DNA from: an uncultured Opitutaceae bacterium
GTDB lineage: Bacteria; Verrucomicrobiota; Verrucomicrobiia; Opitutales; Opitutaceae
Reading direction: 5' to 3'
Length of the DNA: 64,000 nt
NCBI GenBank assembly: GCA_903916755.1
Contig: CAIWXW010000100.1
Location: 2,026-66,025, forward strand
Notes under the pieces: generated by a model
What the model was told of the DNA's origin: nothing
The model's input: the letters and a program-made list of their open reading frames with translations, nothing else
Databases searched by the model: none
Shown: positions 11,359 to 21,092 of the stretch, in pieces
Layout of the letters: every line of letters starts with the position of its first letter
How positions within the stretch are numbered: the first letter of the stretch is position 1
Translations under genes and position numbers: made by a program

Positions 11359-12251
11359 CGACCGCGCCCCGCGTTTCGGTCATCATTCCCGTGCGCAACG
11401 ACGCCGCTTCGCTGCGGCTCTGCCTGGCGGCCCTCCAGCGGCAGGAATTCCCGGCGGACGAATTCGAGATATTGGTGGTGGACAACGGCTCGAGCGACGA
11501 CCTGCCGGCGCTGCGCCGGGCGTTTCCCGCCGTCCGCTGGCTGGAGGAAGGCGGCGCGGGCTCCTATGCGGCCCGCAACCAGGGCCTGCGGCACGCGGCC
11601 GGCGACATCATCGCCTTCACCGATGCCGATTGCGTGCCTGATCCGGCCTGGTTGCGCGAGGGCGTGGCGGCGCTCGCGGCCGGGAGCGCGACCATCGTCG
11701 GGGGCGAGGTGCCGTTCCTCGACCCCGTGGGTCGCGAGCTCAACGCGTACGAGATCCTGGAGACGATCATGTTCGTCCTCGGCAGCGTCCAGAAATTGAT
11801 CGCCGAGCGGGGCTTCGCGATCACGGCCAACCTTTTTGTCCCGCGCGCGGTGTTTGCGCGGGTGGGAGCGTTCGACCCGGCCTTCAAGTCGGCGGGCGAC
11901 CGCGAGTGGGTGCACCGGGCCGTGGCCCGGGGAGAGCGGCTGAGCTACTCGGCCGCGGCGATCGTCCGGCATCCCCGACGCAGCACTCGCGCCGCCTTCT
12001 ACCGCAAGCAGCGGCGGCTGGTCGGGGGCCACCTCACCCTGCTCCGCCGCGAGCATCCGGGTCCCGCCGCGGTCGTGGCCTACCTGCGGATGGTCTCGCT
12101 GCTCGATCCCCGGGTGTATCGGGTCGCATTCCGCGAGCCGCGGGCCCGGCATTTCCGACTCCGGTTCGCGGCCACGGTCCTGGCGGTCAGCGTGGTCACG
12201 ACCGGCGAGAAAATCCGGCTGCTCCTCGGCGGATCGCCGGCGCGCGGTTAG
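11355..12251 (+). CDS. Family-2 glycosyltransferase
   Basis: The GTG start overlaps the upstream stop (GTGA). GT2 N-terminus VSVIIPVRNDAASL, with a DNGSSDD region and a TDADCVP (DxD-like) motif. Confidence 0.8.
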   Translation: MTTAPRVSVIIPVRNDAASLRLCLAALQRQEFPADEFEILVVDNGSSDDLPALRRAFPAVRWLEEGGAGSYAARNQGLRHAAGDIIAFTDADCVPDPAWLREGVAALAAGSATIVGGEVPFLDPVGRELNAYEILETIMFVLGSVQKLIAERGFAITANLFVPRAVFARVGAFDPAFKSAGDREWVHRAVARGERLSYSAAAIVRHPRRSTRAAFYRKQRRLVGGHLTLLRREHPGPAAVVAYLRMVSLLDPRVYRVAFREPRARHFRLRFAATVLAVSVVTTGEKIRLLLGGSPARG

Positions 12252-12335
12252 CCCGGAGCTTTGGGCCGGAACCGGGGTCAAAGACCCTTGCCAGTCGGCG
12301 GCGCCGGCTTTCTATTCTCAGGTCCCGCAGATCCC

Positions 12336-13082
12336 ATGATCCTTCTCGGCGTCAACATCGACCACGGAGCCACCCTGCGGCAGGCGCGCTATCGCGAGGC
12401 GCCCGCCAGCGCGGGGGCGGCGGTGGAGCCTGATCCGGTGGCGCTGGCCATTCTGGCCGAGCAGGCCGGAGCGGACGGCATCACCGTCCACCTGCGCGAG
12501 GACCGCCGACATATCCAGGACCACGACGTCGTCCGCGTGCGCCAGACGGTCGCGACCCGGGTCAACCTTGAGATGGCCTGCACGCCGGCGATGACGGAGT
12601 ATGCCCTTCGCCTGCGGCCCGATTCCGTCTGCCTCGTCCCCGAGAATCGCCAGGAGGTCACGACGGAGGGCGGCCTCGATCTGGTGGGCAACCGCGATCG
12701 CGTCGCCGCCGTGGTGCGGGCCATGGACGCCGCCGGCATCACCACCAGCCTCTTCATCGATCCGGACGCGCCGCAGATCGCGCTCGCGGCTGAGCTGGGC
12801 GCGCCCTGGATCGAGCTGCACACGGGGGCCTACGCCAATGCCTATTACACGCCGCGCCGCGCGGCGGAATTCGAGCGGCTGCGCCGCGGCGCGGTCCAGG
12901 CGCACGGCCTGGGTCTCGTCGTCAACGCGGGCCACGGCATTAACTACATCAACATTGCCGAAGTGCGGACGCTCCCGCACCTGCACGAGCTCAATATCGG
13001 GCACAGCATCCTGAGCCGCGCGCTCTTCACCGGCATTGCCGAGGCGGTGCGCGAGATGAAGGCCCGGATGAATCCTGCTTAA
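12336..13082 (+). CDS. pdxJ: Pyridoxine 5'-phosphate synthase
   Basis: ATG at 12336 gives MILLGVNIDHGATLRQAR. Also GADGITVHLREDRRHI, ELHTGAYA, NAGHGINY and ELNIGHSI. Confidence 0.93.
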   Translation: MILLGVNIDHGATLRQARYREAPASAGAAVEPDPVALAILAEQAGADGITVHLREDRRHIQDHDVVRVRQTVATRVNLEMACTPAMTEYALRLRPDSVCLVPENRQEVTTEGGLDLVGNRDRVAAVVRAMDAAGITTSLFIDPDAPQIALAAELGAPWIELHTGAYANAYYTPRRAAEFERLRRGAVQAHGLGLVVNAGHGINYINIAEVRTLPHLHELNIGHSILSRALFTGIAEAVREMKARMNPA

Positions 13083-13083
13083 A

Positions 13084-13497
13084 TTGGAAAACCTCCAGCT
13101 TCCCCCCGGCGGCATCCTCCTGGGCCTCGGTGCCGACATCATCGAGGTCGACCGGATCCGCCGCGCCGTGGAGCGGCAGGGCGAGCGTTTCCTCCTGCGG
13201 GTCTACACCGAGGAGGAGCGGGCCTACTGCCTCCGGCACGCCCATCCCCATCCGCACCTGGCGGCGCGCTTTGCGGCCAAGGAGGCGGTCTCGAAGTGCT
13301 TCACCACCGGGATCGGGGCGGATCTCAGCTGGAAGTCCGTCTCGGTCTACCATGGCGCGCGGATGCAGCCGCTGATCCGGCTCGACGAGCAGGGGGAAGC
13401 GCTGCTGCGGCGCCGCGGCGCGACCCATGTTCTGGTCACCCTTTCCCATACCCGGGCCTCGGCCATGGCGGTCGCCGCCCTGGTCCGGGCGGTTTGA
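13084..13497 (+). CDS. acpS: Holo-[acyl-carrier-protein] synthase
   Basis: GLGADIIEVDRIRR, RFAAKEAVSKC and a ...LSHT... C-terminus. The start codon is uncertain (TTG at 13084; no nearby ATG). Confidence 0.85.
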   Translation: MENLQLPPGGILLGLGADIIEVDRIRRAVERQGERFLLRVYTEEERAYCLRHAHPHPHLAARFAAKEAVSKCFTTGIGADLSWKSVSVYHGARMQPLIRLDEQGEALLRRRGATHVLVTLSHTRASAMAVAALVRAV

Positions 13498-13530
13498 TCC
13501 GGACGCCTTTTCCGCCAACCTGTTCCGGCC

Positions 13531-14046
13531 ATGGATGACTCTCCCGTTCCCGCCCCGCCCACCCCGGTCCCCTCCTGGGTGATGCTGGGCTTTGTGGTGG
13601 GCGTTCTGTTCATGCTGGCCCTGCCGCGGCGCCAGGCCCCGGCGCCCGCCCCGCCGGTCCCGGTCATGGCGCCCCCCCCGCCGCCGGCCCCGCCGCCCGC
13701 GATGACCACGATCGAGGCGGTTTTCGCCCAGTGGGGAAAATACGCGGTGTGGGATAATGACACGACCGAGGTCGCCCTCTGGGACTCGCAGACGAAGGAC
13801 TTTTCCCAGTGCTATGTGGTGCTGCGCGCGGGCGACACCTACTTCTTCCATTCGATCCCCCGCCTGACGCGTCCGCTCCTGCGGCATGGCCTGCCGGACG
13901 GCGAAAACACGCCGCTCGAGTTCACCGAGACGGCCGCCCAGCAGCGGGAATGGATGCGCGCGTCGCGCGACGAAAGCTGGCGGGCCTTCACCGAGGCGGT
14001 GCATAGTGGCGTCGCGGCCCCGCCGAAGCCGAAGGTCGCGCCATGA
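13531..14046 (+). CDS. Single-pass membrane protein with proline-rich linker (hypothetical)
   Basis: TM helix WVMLGFVVGVLFMLAL, then a PAPAPPVPVMAPPPPPAPPP linker and a ~110-aa globular domain. The stop overlaps the nnr start (ATGA). Confidence 0.6.
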   Translation: MDDSPVPAPPTPVPSWVMLGFVVGVLFMLALPRRQAPAPAPPVPVMAPPPPPAPPPAMTTIEAVFAQWGKYAVWDNDTTEVALWDSQTKDFSQCYVVLRAGDTYFFHSIPRLTRPLLRHGLPDGENTPLEFTETAAQQREWMRASRDESWRAFTEAVHSGVAAPPKPKVAP

Positions 14047-15557
14047 AACCCGCCAGTCATCCCATTTTCTCGGGCGCCCAGGCGCGGGCCTTTGAGGCCC
14101 GCTATTTTGGCGGGGACGAGACGGCCGAGGGGGCCGCCATGGAGGCGGCTGGCGCCGCCGTGGCCGCCGCCGTCCTCCGCGATTTTGGCGAACGCGGTCC
14201 CTGGCCCGCGGCAGCGCGGATTCTGGTCCTGGCGGGCAAGGGCCACAACGGCGGCGACGCCCTGATCGCGGCCCGTCACCTGCTCCGGGCGCATCCTGAC
14301 GCCCGGGCCGACGTCATCTTCGCCTTGGGCCAGAGGGAACTGCGGCCTCTGGCCCAGCATGCCTGGCGGGAACTCTGCCACGCGTGCCCCGATCGCGTCC
14401 TGGCCATCCCCGCGGAGCGCATGGCCCGCCGGTACGATCTCAGCCTCGACGGAATCTTTGGCTTTCAATTCCGCCCGCCGGTGCCGCGCGGGGTGGGCGC
14501 CTTGCTGGCGCGGGTCAATGCGCTGCCGGTGAGCCTCCGCACGGCCATCGACCTGCCCAGCGGCCTGGGGGATGCCCCGGCGGCCGCCGGGGCCGCCGTC
14601 TTTCGCGCCGATTTCACCTATGCCACGGGCAGCGTGAAGCAGGCGGTGGTGAATCCCTCGGCGGTGCGGTGGGTGGGAAGGCTCCGCTACCTAGACTTGG
14701 GATTTTTTGACGGCGACGCCATAGCCGGCGCCTCGCGGGTGCTTACCCTGGGGGTCCTGGCGGACCTGAGCGCCCTGCGGGCGGCGGACTCCGACAAGCG
14801 GACCTACGGCCACCTCTTTGTGATCGGCGGGTCGCGGGGCTACCCGGGCGCCGTGCTCATGGCCGTGCTCGCCGCCCTGCGCAGCGGGGTGGGGCTGCTG
14901 ACGGCGGCGGTGCCGGAGTCCCTGGCTCCAGCCTTCGCCGCCCGCGCCCCCGAGGCCATGTGGGTGGGACTGCCGGAGACGCCCGACGGCGGGCTGGCGC
15001 TGGAGGGGCGGCGGCTCCTGCAGTCGCGGCTCGGGCGCGCCAGCGCCATCGCGATGGGTCCCGGCCTCGGCCGGGAGCCGGAGACTCTGGCATTGATGCG
15101 GGAGGTGGTGGAGGCTGCCACAGTGCCGCTGGTCATCGACGCCGACGCCTTGCGGCCGGAGATCGTCACGGCGGGCACGATGCCGCGCATCCTGACGCCC
15201 CACGCGGGGGAATGGGAGCGGATCAAGGCCGGCAGCGGGCGGCGGCGCCAGCCGCGCGCCTGGAGGGAGGCCGTGGTCGTGCACAAAGGGCCGCTGACGG
15301 CCGTGGCGTCCGGCCCGAACCGTTATTTCAGCCCGTTTGGCGGCCCCGTCCTCGCGCGCGGGGGCAGCGGCGACGTGCTGACCGGGCTCACGGGCGGCCT
15401 GCTCGCCCAGACGCCGGCCGATCCCCTGCTGGCGGCCTGCCGGGGCGTGGCGTGGCACGGCCGGGCGGCGGATGCGCTCGCGCGGGCCCAGGGCGCCACG
15501 GCGGCCGTGGTGACCGACTTGCTAGAGTACCTTCCGCAAGCATTGCGTGAAGGCTGA
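14043..15557 (+). CDS. nnr: Bifunctional NAD(P)H-hydrate repair enzyme (epimerase / ADP-dependent dehydratase)
   Basis: 504 aa. The YjeF-N part has GKGHNGGDAL. The carbohydrate-kinase part has GHLFVIGGSRGYPGA, GPGLG and GGSGDVLTG. Confidence 0.88.
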   Translation: MKPASHPIFSGAQARAFEARYFGGDETAEGAAMEAAGAAVAAAVLRDFGERGPWPAAARILVLAGKGHNGGDALIAARHLLRAHPDARADVIFALGQRELRPLAQHAWRELCHACPDRVLAIPAERMARRYDLSLDGIFGFQFRPPVPRGVGALLARVNALPVSLRTAIDLPSGLGDAPAAAGAAVFRADFTYATGSVKQAVVNPSAVRWVGRLRYLDLGFFDGDAIAGASRVLTLGVLADLSALRAADSDKRTYGHLFVIGGSRGYPGAVLMAVLAALRSGVGLLTAAVPESLAPAFAARAPEAMWVGLPETPDGGLALEGRRLLQSRLGRASAIAMGPGLGREPETLALMREVVEAATVPLVIDADALRPEIVTAGTMPRILTPHAGEWERIKAGSGRRRQPRAWREAVVVHKGPLTAVASGPNRYFSPFGGPVLARGGSGDVLTGLTGGLLAQTPADPLLAACRGVAWHGRAADALARAQGATAAVVTDLLEYLPQALREG

Positions 15558-16692
15558 CCCCGCATCCGACCTCCTCACCGAATCCCAGGCCTGTCTGGTC
15601 CTCAACGCCCTCCCGGGGGTGGGCCCGATTGTCCTGCACCGGCTGCGTGAGGCGGTCGGAGGCGGGTTCCGCGAGGTCCTCCTCGCGCCCCCGTCCCGCT
15701 GGGAGAAGGTGCGGGGACTGCGGGAAGCCGGAGCGGCGGCGCTGGCCGACTGGAGCCGGCATTTTGACCTGCCGGGCGAGGAAGCGAAGTTGGCGGCTGC
15801 GGGAGCCTCGTTCCTCGCCTGGAGCGATGACTCCTACCCGGCCGCCTTGCGGGAGATCGCCGATCCGCCGCTCGGACTGTACCGCCGCGGGCCGGCTGAC
15901 CCTGGCCGGCGAGGGGTCGCGATTGTCGGCACCCGGCGGCCGACGCACTACGGCCGAGCGGTGGCCCGCGAGCTCGCGAGGGCGCTGGTGGAACGCGATT
16001 TTTGTGTCGTGAGCGGGCTGGCGCAGGGGATCGACACGGCCGCGCATGAGAGCGCGCTCGCGGCCGGGGGCGCGACGGTGGCCGTCCTCGGCACGGGTCT
16101 CGACCTGGCCTATCCGCCCGAGAATCGCGCGCTCCAGGAGCGCATCGCGGCCACCGGCGCGATCCTTTCGGAATTTCCGTTTGGCCGGCCGGCCTCCCGG
16201 CAATCGTTTCCCCGCCGCAACCGGATCGTCGCCGGTCTCTCGCTCGCGGTCATCGTGGTCGAGAGCGGCGCGGCGGGGGGCGCCATGATCACCGCCCGGC
16301 TGGCAGGCGAGCAGGGCCGGCCGGTCTTCGCCGTCCCGGGCCGGATCGATCAGCCAACGAGCGCCGGCTGTCACCAGCTGATCCGCGATGGGGTGACCCT
16401 GCTGACCGGGATCGAGGACCTCCTGGAGGAACTGGGCTTTCTCGGCGGCCGGCGGCCGCTGCCGATCTCCCCCCGGCCCGGGGCCGGTCTCGCGGAGGCC
16501 AGCCGGCTGACGGGGGACGAGGCGAAGGTGCTGGCCCGGTTGGCCGGCGGCGAAATTCTCGCGCCCGACGTATTGGCGGAGAGCCTGGCAATCCCGGCCG
16601 CGCGGATCTCGGCCGCCCTCCTGATGCTGGAACTCAAGGCCCTGGCGGCCCGGCAGCTCGACGGCCGCTACGAGGCGATCGACCCCGCCTAG
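15547..16692 (+). CDS. dprA: DNA-processing protein DprA
   Basis: YP..L..I.DPP context, VAIVGTRRPT.YG, SGLAQGIDTAAH, GTGLDLAYPPEN and FPRRNRIVAGLS. GTG start, start uncertain. Confidence 0.88.
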   Translation: MKADPASDLLTESQACLVLNALPGVGPIVLHRLREAVGGGFREVLLAPPSRWEKVRGLREAGAAALADWSRHFDLPGEEAKLAAAGASFLAWSDDSYPAALREIADPPLGLYRRGPADPGRRGVAIVGTRRPTHYGRAVARELARALVERDFCVVSGLAQGIDTAAHESALAAGGATVAVLGTGLDLAYPPENRALQERIAATGAILSEFPFGRPASRQSFPRRNRIVAGLSLAVIVVESGAAGGAMITARLAGEQGRPVFAVPGRIDQPTSAGCHQLIRDGVTLLTGIEDLLEELGFLGGRRPLPISPRPGAGLAEASRLTGDEAKVLARLAGGEILAPDVLAESLAIPAARISAALLMLELKALAARQLDGRYEAIDPA

Positions 16693-17024
16693 CCCGGAGG
16701 CCACGTGAGGACGCGGCCGGCCAGGAGGTGGACGTGCAGGTGCGGCACGGTTTCGCCGGCATCCGGCCCGTGGTTGATCACAATGCGGTAGCCGCCGGCG
16801 AGGCCCAGCTGGCGGGCCATCACGCCCGCGACCACCAGGAGATGGCCCAGGAGGGCCTCATCCCCTGCCGCCGCCTCGCCCAGCCGCGGGATGACCTTTT
16901 TGGGGATGAGCAGGAGATGGACCGGCGCCTGCGGGTCGCGGTCCCGAATGACGAGGCAGCGGTCGTCCTCGTACTCGATCTGCGCGGGAATCTGGCGGGC
17001 GATGATTTTCTCGAAGATCGTCAT
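16689..17024 (-). CDS. HIT-family (histidine triad) nucleotide hydrolase/transferase
   Basis: 111 aa. TIFEKIIARQIPA opening and the triad HLHVHLL. Confidence 0.9.
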   Translation of the reverse strand: MTIFEKIIARQIPAQIEYEDDRCLVIRDRDPQAPVHLLLIPKKVIPRLGEAAAGDEALLGHLLVVAGVMARQLGLAGGYRIVINHGPDAGETVPHLHVHLLAGRVLTWPPG

Positions 17025-17530
17025 AGGAAGAGCAGCTGCAGGTCCGCGTGCGCGCCGGTGCGGGCGGCGGCGAGTTCGCGGATGAAGGCGAGCGCGTCGT
17101 CGTAGTCGCGCTGGCGCCGCGGCGTGACCCGGCGGTCGGCGGGGAGCAGGGCGGGGCGGAGGTTCGTGATCAGCAGGGTGGACTCGCGGAAGGGGGCCAG
17201 CTGCTTCAGGCCCTGCATGATCTCGGCCCGCGCAAAGAGCGGGGTGGAGGAGTGCAGGGTGGCCGTGGCGTCCCAGTGGAAGAAGCCGTGCGCCGGCTGG
17301 TGTCGGCAGAACTGCGCGAGCAGCCGGGCGGCCGCGGCATTGAAGGCGGCGTCGAAGCGGGCGGCGGTCTCCGGCTGCTCCTGGGCCTGGACCTCGAGCT
17401 CGGCCAGGCTGAAGGCGAGGCCGATCTTGATCTGCTCCGCCAGGTAAAGATCGTGCCCGGTGACGTGGGCGAAGAGCGCGTTGATGAAATGCAGCCGGCG
17501 CAAGTCATCGCGCGCAGGCGCGGCCCTCAA
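17021..17530 (-). CDS. Hypothetical protein (169 aa), translationally coupled between nrdR and the HIT gene
   Basis: ORF with 4-nt overlaps at both ends. The predicted TTG start overlaps the nrdR stop. No motif recognised. Confidence 0.5.
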   Translation of the reverse strand: MRAAPARDDLRRLHFINALFAHVTGHDLYLAEQIKIGLAFSLAELEVQAQEQPETAARFDAAFNAAAARLLAQFCRHQPAHGFFHWDATATLHSSTPLFARAEIMQGLKQLAPFRESTLLITNLRPALLPADRRVTPRRQRDYDDALAFIRELAAARTGAHADLQLLFL

Positions 17531-17994
17531 GGGGTTTTCCCCTTCGGTTTGGCCAAGGCGCTGATCTCGTGCATGAACTCCGAGACGTCGCGGAACTCCT
17601 TGTACACGCTGGCGAAGCGCACATAGGCAACCTGATCGATGTTGCGCAGGCGCTGCATCACCCCTTCGCCCACGGCATGGGACGGAATCTCGGTCTCATA
17701 CTGGGCCTCGAGCGCGTCGATCACGTCCTCGACCAGCATGGTGATCTGTTCCAGGTCGATCGGACGCTTGTGGCAGGCGGCCCGGACCGCCCGAATCAGC
17801 TTCTCGCGGTCGAACTCCTCCCGGCGCCCGTCGCGCTTGATGACGACGATGCCGTCGCGGACCAGGGTCTCGGTCGTCGTGAAGCGATGGGTGCATTCCA
17901 TGCACTCGCGGCGGCGGCGGATGGTGTTCCCCTCCTTGCTGATGCGGGAATCGATGACCTTGTCCTCAATGGAAGTGCATTTGGGGCAGCGCAT
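17527..17994 (-). CDS. nrdR: Transcriptional repressor NrdR
   Basis: Zinc ribbon MRCPKC...RRRRECMEC, then an ATP-cone (VIKRDGRREEFDREKL). Confidence 0.95.
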   Translation of the reverse strand: MRCPKCTSIEDKVIDSRISKEGNTIRRRRECMECTHRFTTTETLVRDGIVVIKRDGRREEFDREKLIRAVRAACHKRPIDLEQITMLVEDVIDALEAQYETEIPSHAVGEGVMQRLRNIDQVAYVRFASVYKEFRDVSEFMHEISALAKPKGKTP

Positions 17995-18019
17995 GGGTGT
18001 AACGTGCGACCGTCAGGTC

Positions 18020-18586
18020 CTAGTTTAGTTCGAGGAAATTCTTCAGGATTTTCATGCCGCCGTCCGTCGCGATGGACTCGGGGTGAAACTGGACGCCCCA
18101 GATGGGCATCGAGCGGTGGCGCAGGCCCATGACCTCGCCCTCGGCCGTCTCGGCCGTGATCTCGAGCTCCGCGGGAAAGCTGGCCCGCTCGACCAGGAGC
18201 GAATGGTAGCGGGTGGCCGGAAAATCCTGGGGCATGTCCTTGAAGAGGTCCTTGCCGTTGTGCTCGATCGGCGAGGTCTTGCCGTGCATCAGCCGGCCGG
18301 CCCGGACGACCTTGCCGCCAAAATACTGCCCGATCGCCTGGTGGCCGAGGCAGACGCCGAGGACGGGGGTCTTGCCGGCAAAGGCCTTGATGATGTCGAG
18401 CGTCACCCCGGCCTCGGTGGGCGAGCAGGGGCCGGGCGAGATCATGACCCGGTCCGGCTTGAGGGCGACCGCGGCCGCGGGGGTGATCTCGTCGTTGCGG
18501 AACACCCGCTGTTCCACCCCCAGCTGGCCGAAATATTGGACCAGGTTGTAGGTGAAGGAGTCGTAGTTGTCTATGACCAGGAGCAC
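18020..18586 (-). CDS. trpG: Anthranilate / aminodeoxychorismate synthase component II (glutamine amidotransferase)
   Basis: [47 protein letters not shown] start. Confidence 0.9.
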   Translation of the reverse strand: MLLVIDNYDSFTYNLVQYFGQLGVEQRVFRNDEITPAAAVALKPDRVMISPGPCSPTEAGVTLDIIKAFAGKTPVLGVCLGHQAIGQYFGGKVVRAGRLMHGKTSPIEHNGKDLFKDMPQDFPATRYHSLLVERASFPAELEITAETAEGEVMGLRHRSMPIWGVQFHPESIATDGGMKILKNFLELN

Positions 18587-18727
18587 TTCCCACCATTTAA
18601 CCGCGAAGTCGCCCCCGGGTCAATACGGGGCGCAGGCCCCCGGGCCGGTGCCCGGGCCTAATGGGGGATGCAATCCGGCCTGAAACCGTTTGCCTCCGCC
18701 CCCCTCCCGTCCGAAGCTGCGCCGCTC

Positions 18728-19858
18728 ATGGCGCCTTTCACGCTCCTCCAGACCGACACCGCCACCGCCGCGCGGCGGGGCCGGCTGCGCACGCGGCACG
18801 GCGTGGTGGAGACGCCCATCTTCATGCCGGTGGGGACCCAGGGCACGGTCAAGGCGGTGACACCGGCCCACTTGCGCGAGATCGGCGCCCAGATCATCCT
18901 CGGGAACACGTATCACCTGAACCTCCGGCCGGGGAGCGCCCTGGTGCGGGAAATGGGCGGGCTGCACAAGTTCATGGGTTGGGACGGCCCCATCCTGACC
19001 GACAGCGGCGGCTTTCAGGTCTTCAGCTTGGCGCGGCTGCGGGAGATCAGCCCCGAGGGGGTCGCCTTTCAGTCCCATCTGGACGGCGCCAGGCTGTTCC
19101 TCGGCCCCCGCGAGGTCATGGGGATCCAGGCCGACCTTGGGTCGGACATCGCCATGGTGCTCGACGAATGCCCGCCCTGGCCCTGCGAGCGCTCCGCCTG
19201 CGCGGAGGCGGTCGCGCGCTCGCTGCGCTGGGCGACGCAGTGTCGGCAGGTTGCGACCGACAGCGGGTTCCTGGCCGCCGGCCACCACGTCTTTGCGATC
19301 GCCCAGGGGTCGAGCTTCGCGGACCTGCGCCGGGAGGCCGCCGAGAGCCTGGCCGCGCTGGATTTCTCGGGCTACGCGATTGGCGGGGTGAGCGTGGGCG
19401 AGCCCGAGCCGGAAATGCTGGCGCAGGTGGCGATGACCGCGCCCTTCCTCCCGGCGGACAAGGCGCGCTACACCATGGGCCTGGGCACGCCCCCGCAATT
19501 GCTCAAGATGGTGGCCTTGGGCGTGGACATGTTCGACTGCGTTCTGCCCACGCGCGTGGCCCGAAACGGCCTCGCCTTTACGCCGGACGGCCCGATCAAC
19601 CTCCGCAACGAGCGGTTCCGGGCCGACCCGCGGCCGGTGGTCGAAGGGCTCGACAATTACACCTGCCGAAACTTTTCCCGGGCATACCTCCGCCACCTCT
19701 TCATGGCCGGCGAGATGCTCGGCGGGACCCTGGTCACGATCCACAACCTACACTTCTTCCTGGACCTGATGGCCCAGGTCCGGGCCCATATTGAAACCGG
19801 CGACTATGCCTCTTGGCATCGCGGCTGGATCGAGCGGTATGAGGCTGGGCATAGCTAG
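18728..19858 (+). CDS. tgt: Queuine tRNA-ribosyltransferase (tRNA-guanine transglycosylase)
   Basis: ATG at 18728 gives MAPFTLLQTD. Also TPIFMPVGTQGTVK, LGNTYHL, TDSGGFQV, GYAIGGVSVGE, DMFDCVLPTR and the zinc site context. Confidence 0.93.
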   Translation: MAPFTLLQTDTATAARRGRLRTRHGVVETPIFMPVGTQGTVKAVTPAHLREIGAQIILGNTYHLNLRPGSALVREMGGLHKFMGWDGPILTDSGGFQVFSLARLREISPEGVAFQSHLDGARLFLGPREVMGIQADLGSDIAMVLDECPPWPCERSACAEAVARSLRWATQCRQVATDSGFLAAGHHVFAIAQGSSFADLRREAAESLAALDFSGYAIGGVSVGEPEPEMLAQVAMTAPFLPADKARYTMGLGTPPQLLKMVALGVDMFDCVLPTRVARNGLAFTPDGPINLRNERFRADPRPVVEGLDNYTCRNFSRAYLRHLFMAGEMLGGTLVTIHNLHFFLDLMAQVRAHIETGDYASWHRGWIERYEAGHS

Positions 19859-19871
19859 CCGACTTTCATCC

Positions 19872-20018
19872 ATGGCCACGAAGAAAAAAGCCTTTGATGC
19901 GATTGCCGCGTCCCGCCAATGGCGCCGGCAGACGAGCCGCATACTGCTCGCGATGACTTCGGCGGAGCGGATCGCTTTTTTGGATCGTTGCTTGCAGCGC
20001 TGGCCCGCGCGGCCTTGA
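19872..20018 (+). CDS. Candidate small basic protein (48 aa), unverified
   Basis: Internal ATG of track ORF 19791-20018, in the otherwise empty 290-bp tgt-uxs spacer: MATKKKAFDAIAASRQWRRQTSRILLAMTSAERIAFLDRCLQRWPARP. No homology evidence available. Confidence 0.25.
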   Translation: MATKKKAFDAIAASRQWRRQTSRILLAMTSAERIAFLDRCLQRWPARP

Positions 20019-20147
20019 GAGAATCGGAGGCAAGGTCGCCTCTTGAAAGCCAGCGCTGTCGACCGAGCATGATCCGGGCGACTATCGGCCTGAAGGGCCT
20101 CGCTTTCGGATTGCCGCCGAGCGGTTTACGTAAGAAACTCAGCCGGA

Positions 20148-21074
20148 ATGAGAATCCTCGTCACCGGAGGGGCCGGCTTTCTGGGCTCCCACCTCTGCGA
20201 CCGCCTGATCAGGGACGGCCACGAGGTCGTCTGCCTGGACAACTTCTTCACCGGCCGGAAGCAGAACATTGCCCACCTCCTGGGCGTCCCGGGCTTCGAG
20301 CTGGTCCGCCACGATGTGATCGATCCCTTCAAGTTTGAGGTGGACCAGATCTACAACCTGGCCTGCCCCGCCTCGCCGCCGCACTACCAGTACAACCCGA
20401 TCAAGACCATCAAGACGTCGGTGATGGGCGCCATCAACTGCCTCGGCCTGGCCAAGCGCGTCAAGGCGCGGATCATGCAGGCGAGCACGAGCGAGGTGTA
20501 TGGGGATCCGCAGGTGCACCCGCAGCCGGAGACTTATTGGGGCAACGTCAACCCGATCGGGAAGCGGTCGTGCTATGACGAGGGCAAGCGCTGCGCTGAG
20601 ACCCTTTTCTTCGATTACCACCGCGAAAACCGGGTCGATATCCGGGTCATCCGGATCTTCAACACCTACGGCCCACGCATGCACGAGGCCGACGGGCGGG
20701 TGGTCTCGAATTTCATCGTGCAGGCGCTGCGCGGCGAGGACATCACGATCTACGGCGACGGGAGCCAGACCCGGTCGTTCTGCTTTGTCGATGACCTGAT
20801 CGAGGGGTTCATCCGCATCATGGCCCAGTCCGAGACGGTGGGCCCGGTCAACCTGGGCAATCCCGGCGAGTTCACCATGATGCAGCTGGCGGAGCTCACG
20901 CTGAAGCTGGTCGGCGGGAAGTCGAAGATCGTCCACAAGGCGCTGCCCTCCGACGACCCGAAGCAGCGCCGGCCGGACATCACCATTGCCCGCAAGGTCC
21001 TGCAGTGGGAGCCGAAGGTTCCGCTCGAGGAAGGCCTCAAGCGGACGATCGAGTATTTCCGCGGCGTCGTCTGA
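20148..21074 (+). CDS. UDP-glucuronate decarboxylase (UDP-xylose synthase), extended SDR
   Basis: [28 protein letters not shown], catalytic YDEGKR, and the [10 protein letters not shown] signature typical of UXS. Confidence 0.9.
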   Translation: MRILVTGGAGFLGSHLCDRLIRDGHEVVCLDNFFTGRKQNIAHLLGVPGFELVRHDVIDPFKFEVDQIYNLACPASPPHYQYNPIKTIKTSVMGAINCLGLAKRVKARIMQASTSEVYGDPQVHPQPETYWGNVNPIGKRSCYDEGKRCAETLFFDYHRENRVDIRVIRIFNTYGPRMHEADGRVVSNFIVQALRGEDITIYGDGSQTRSFCFVDDLIEGFIRIMAQSETVGPVNLGNPGEFTMMQLAELTLKLVGGKSKIVHKALPSDDPKQRRPDITIARKVLQWEPKVPLEEGLKRTIEYFRGVV

Positions 21075-21092
21075 TCCCGCGCGGCGGCGAGC

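Noticed and set aside
16689-16692. Convergent dprA and HIT genes share the palindrome CTAG as stop codons on both strands
   Set aside because: This is real but trivial: a 4-nt convergent overlap with no evidence of regulatory meaning.
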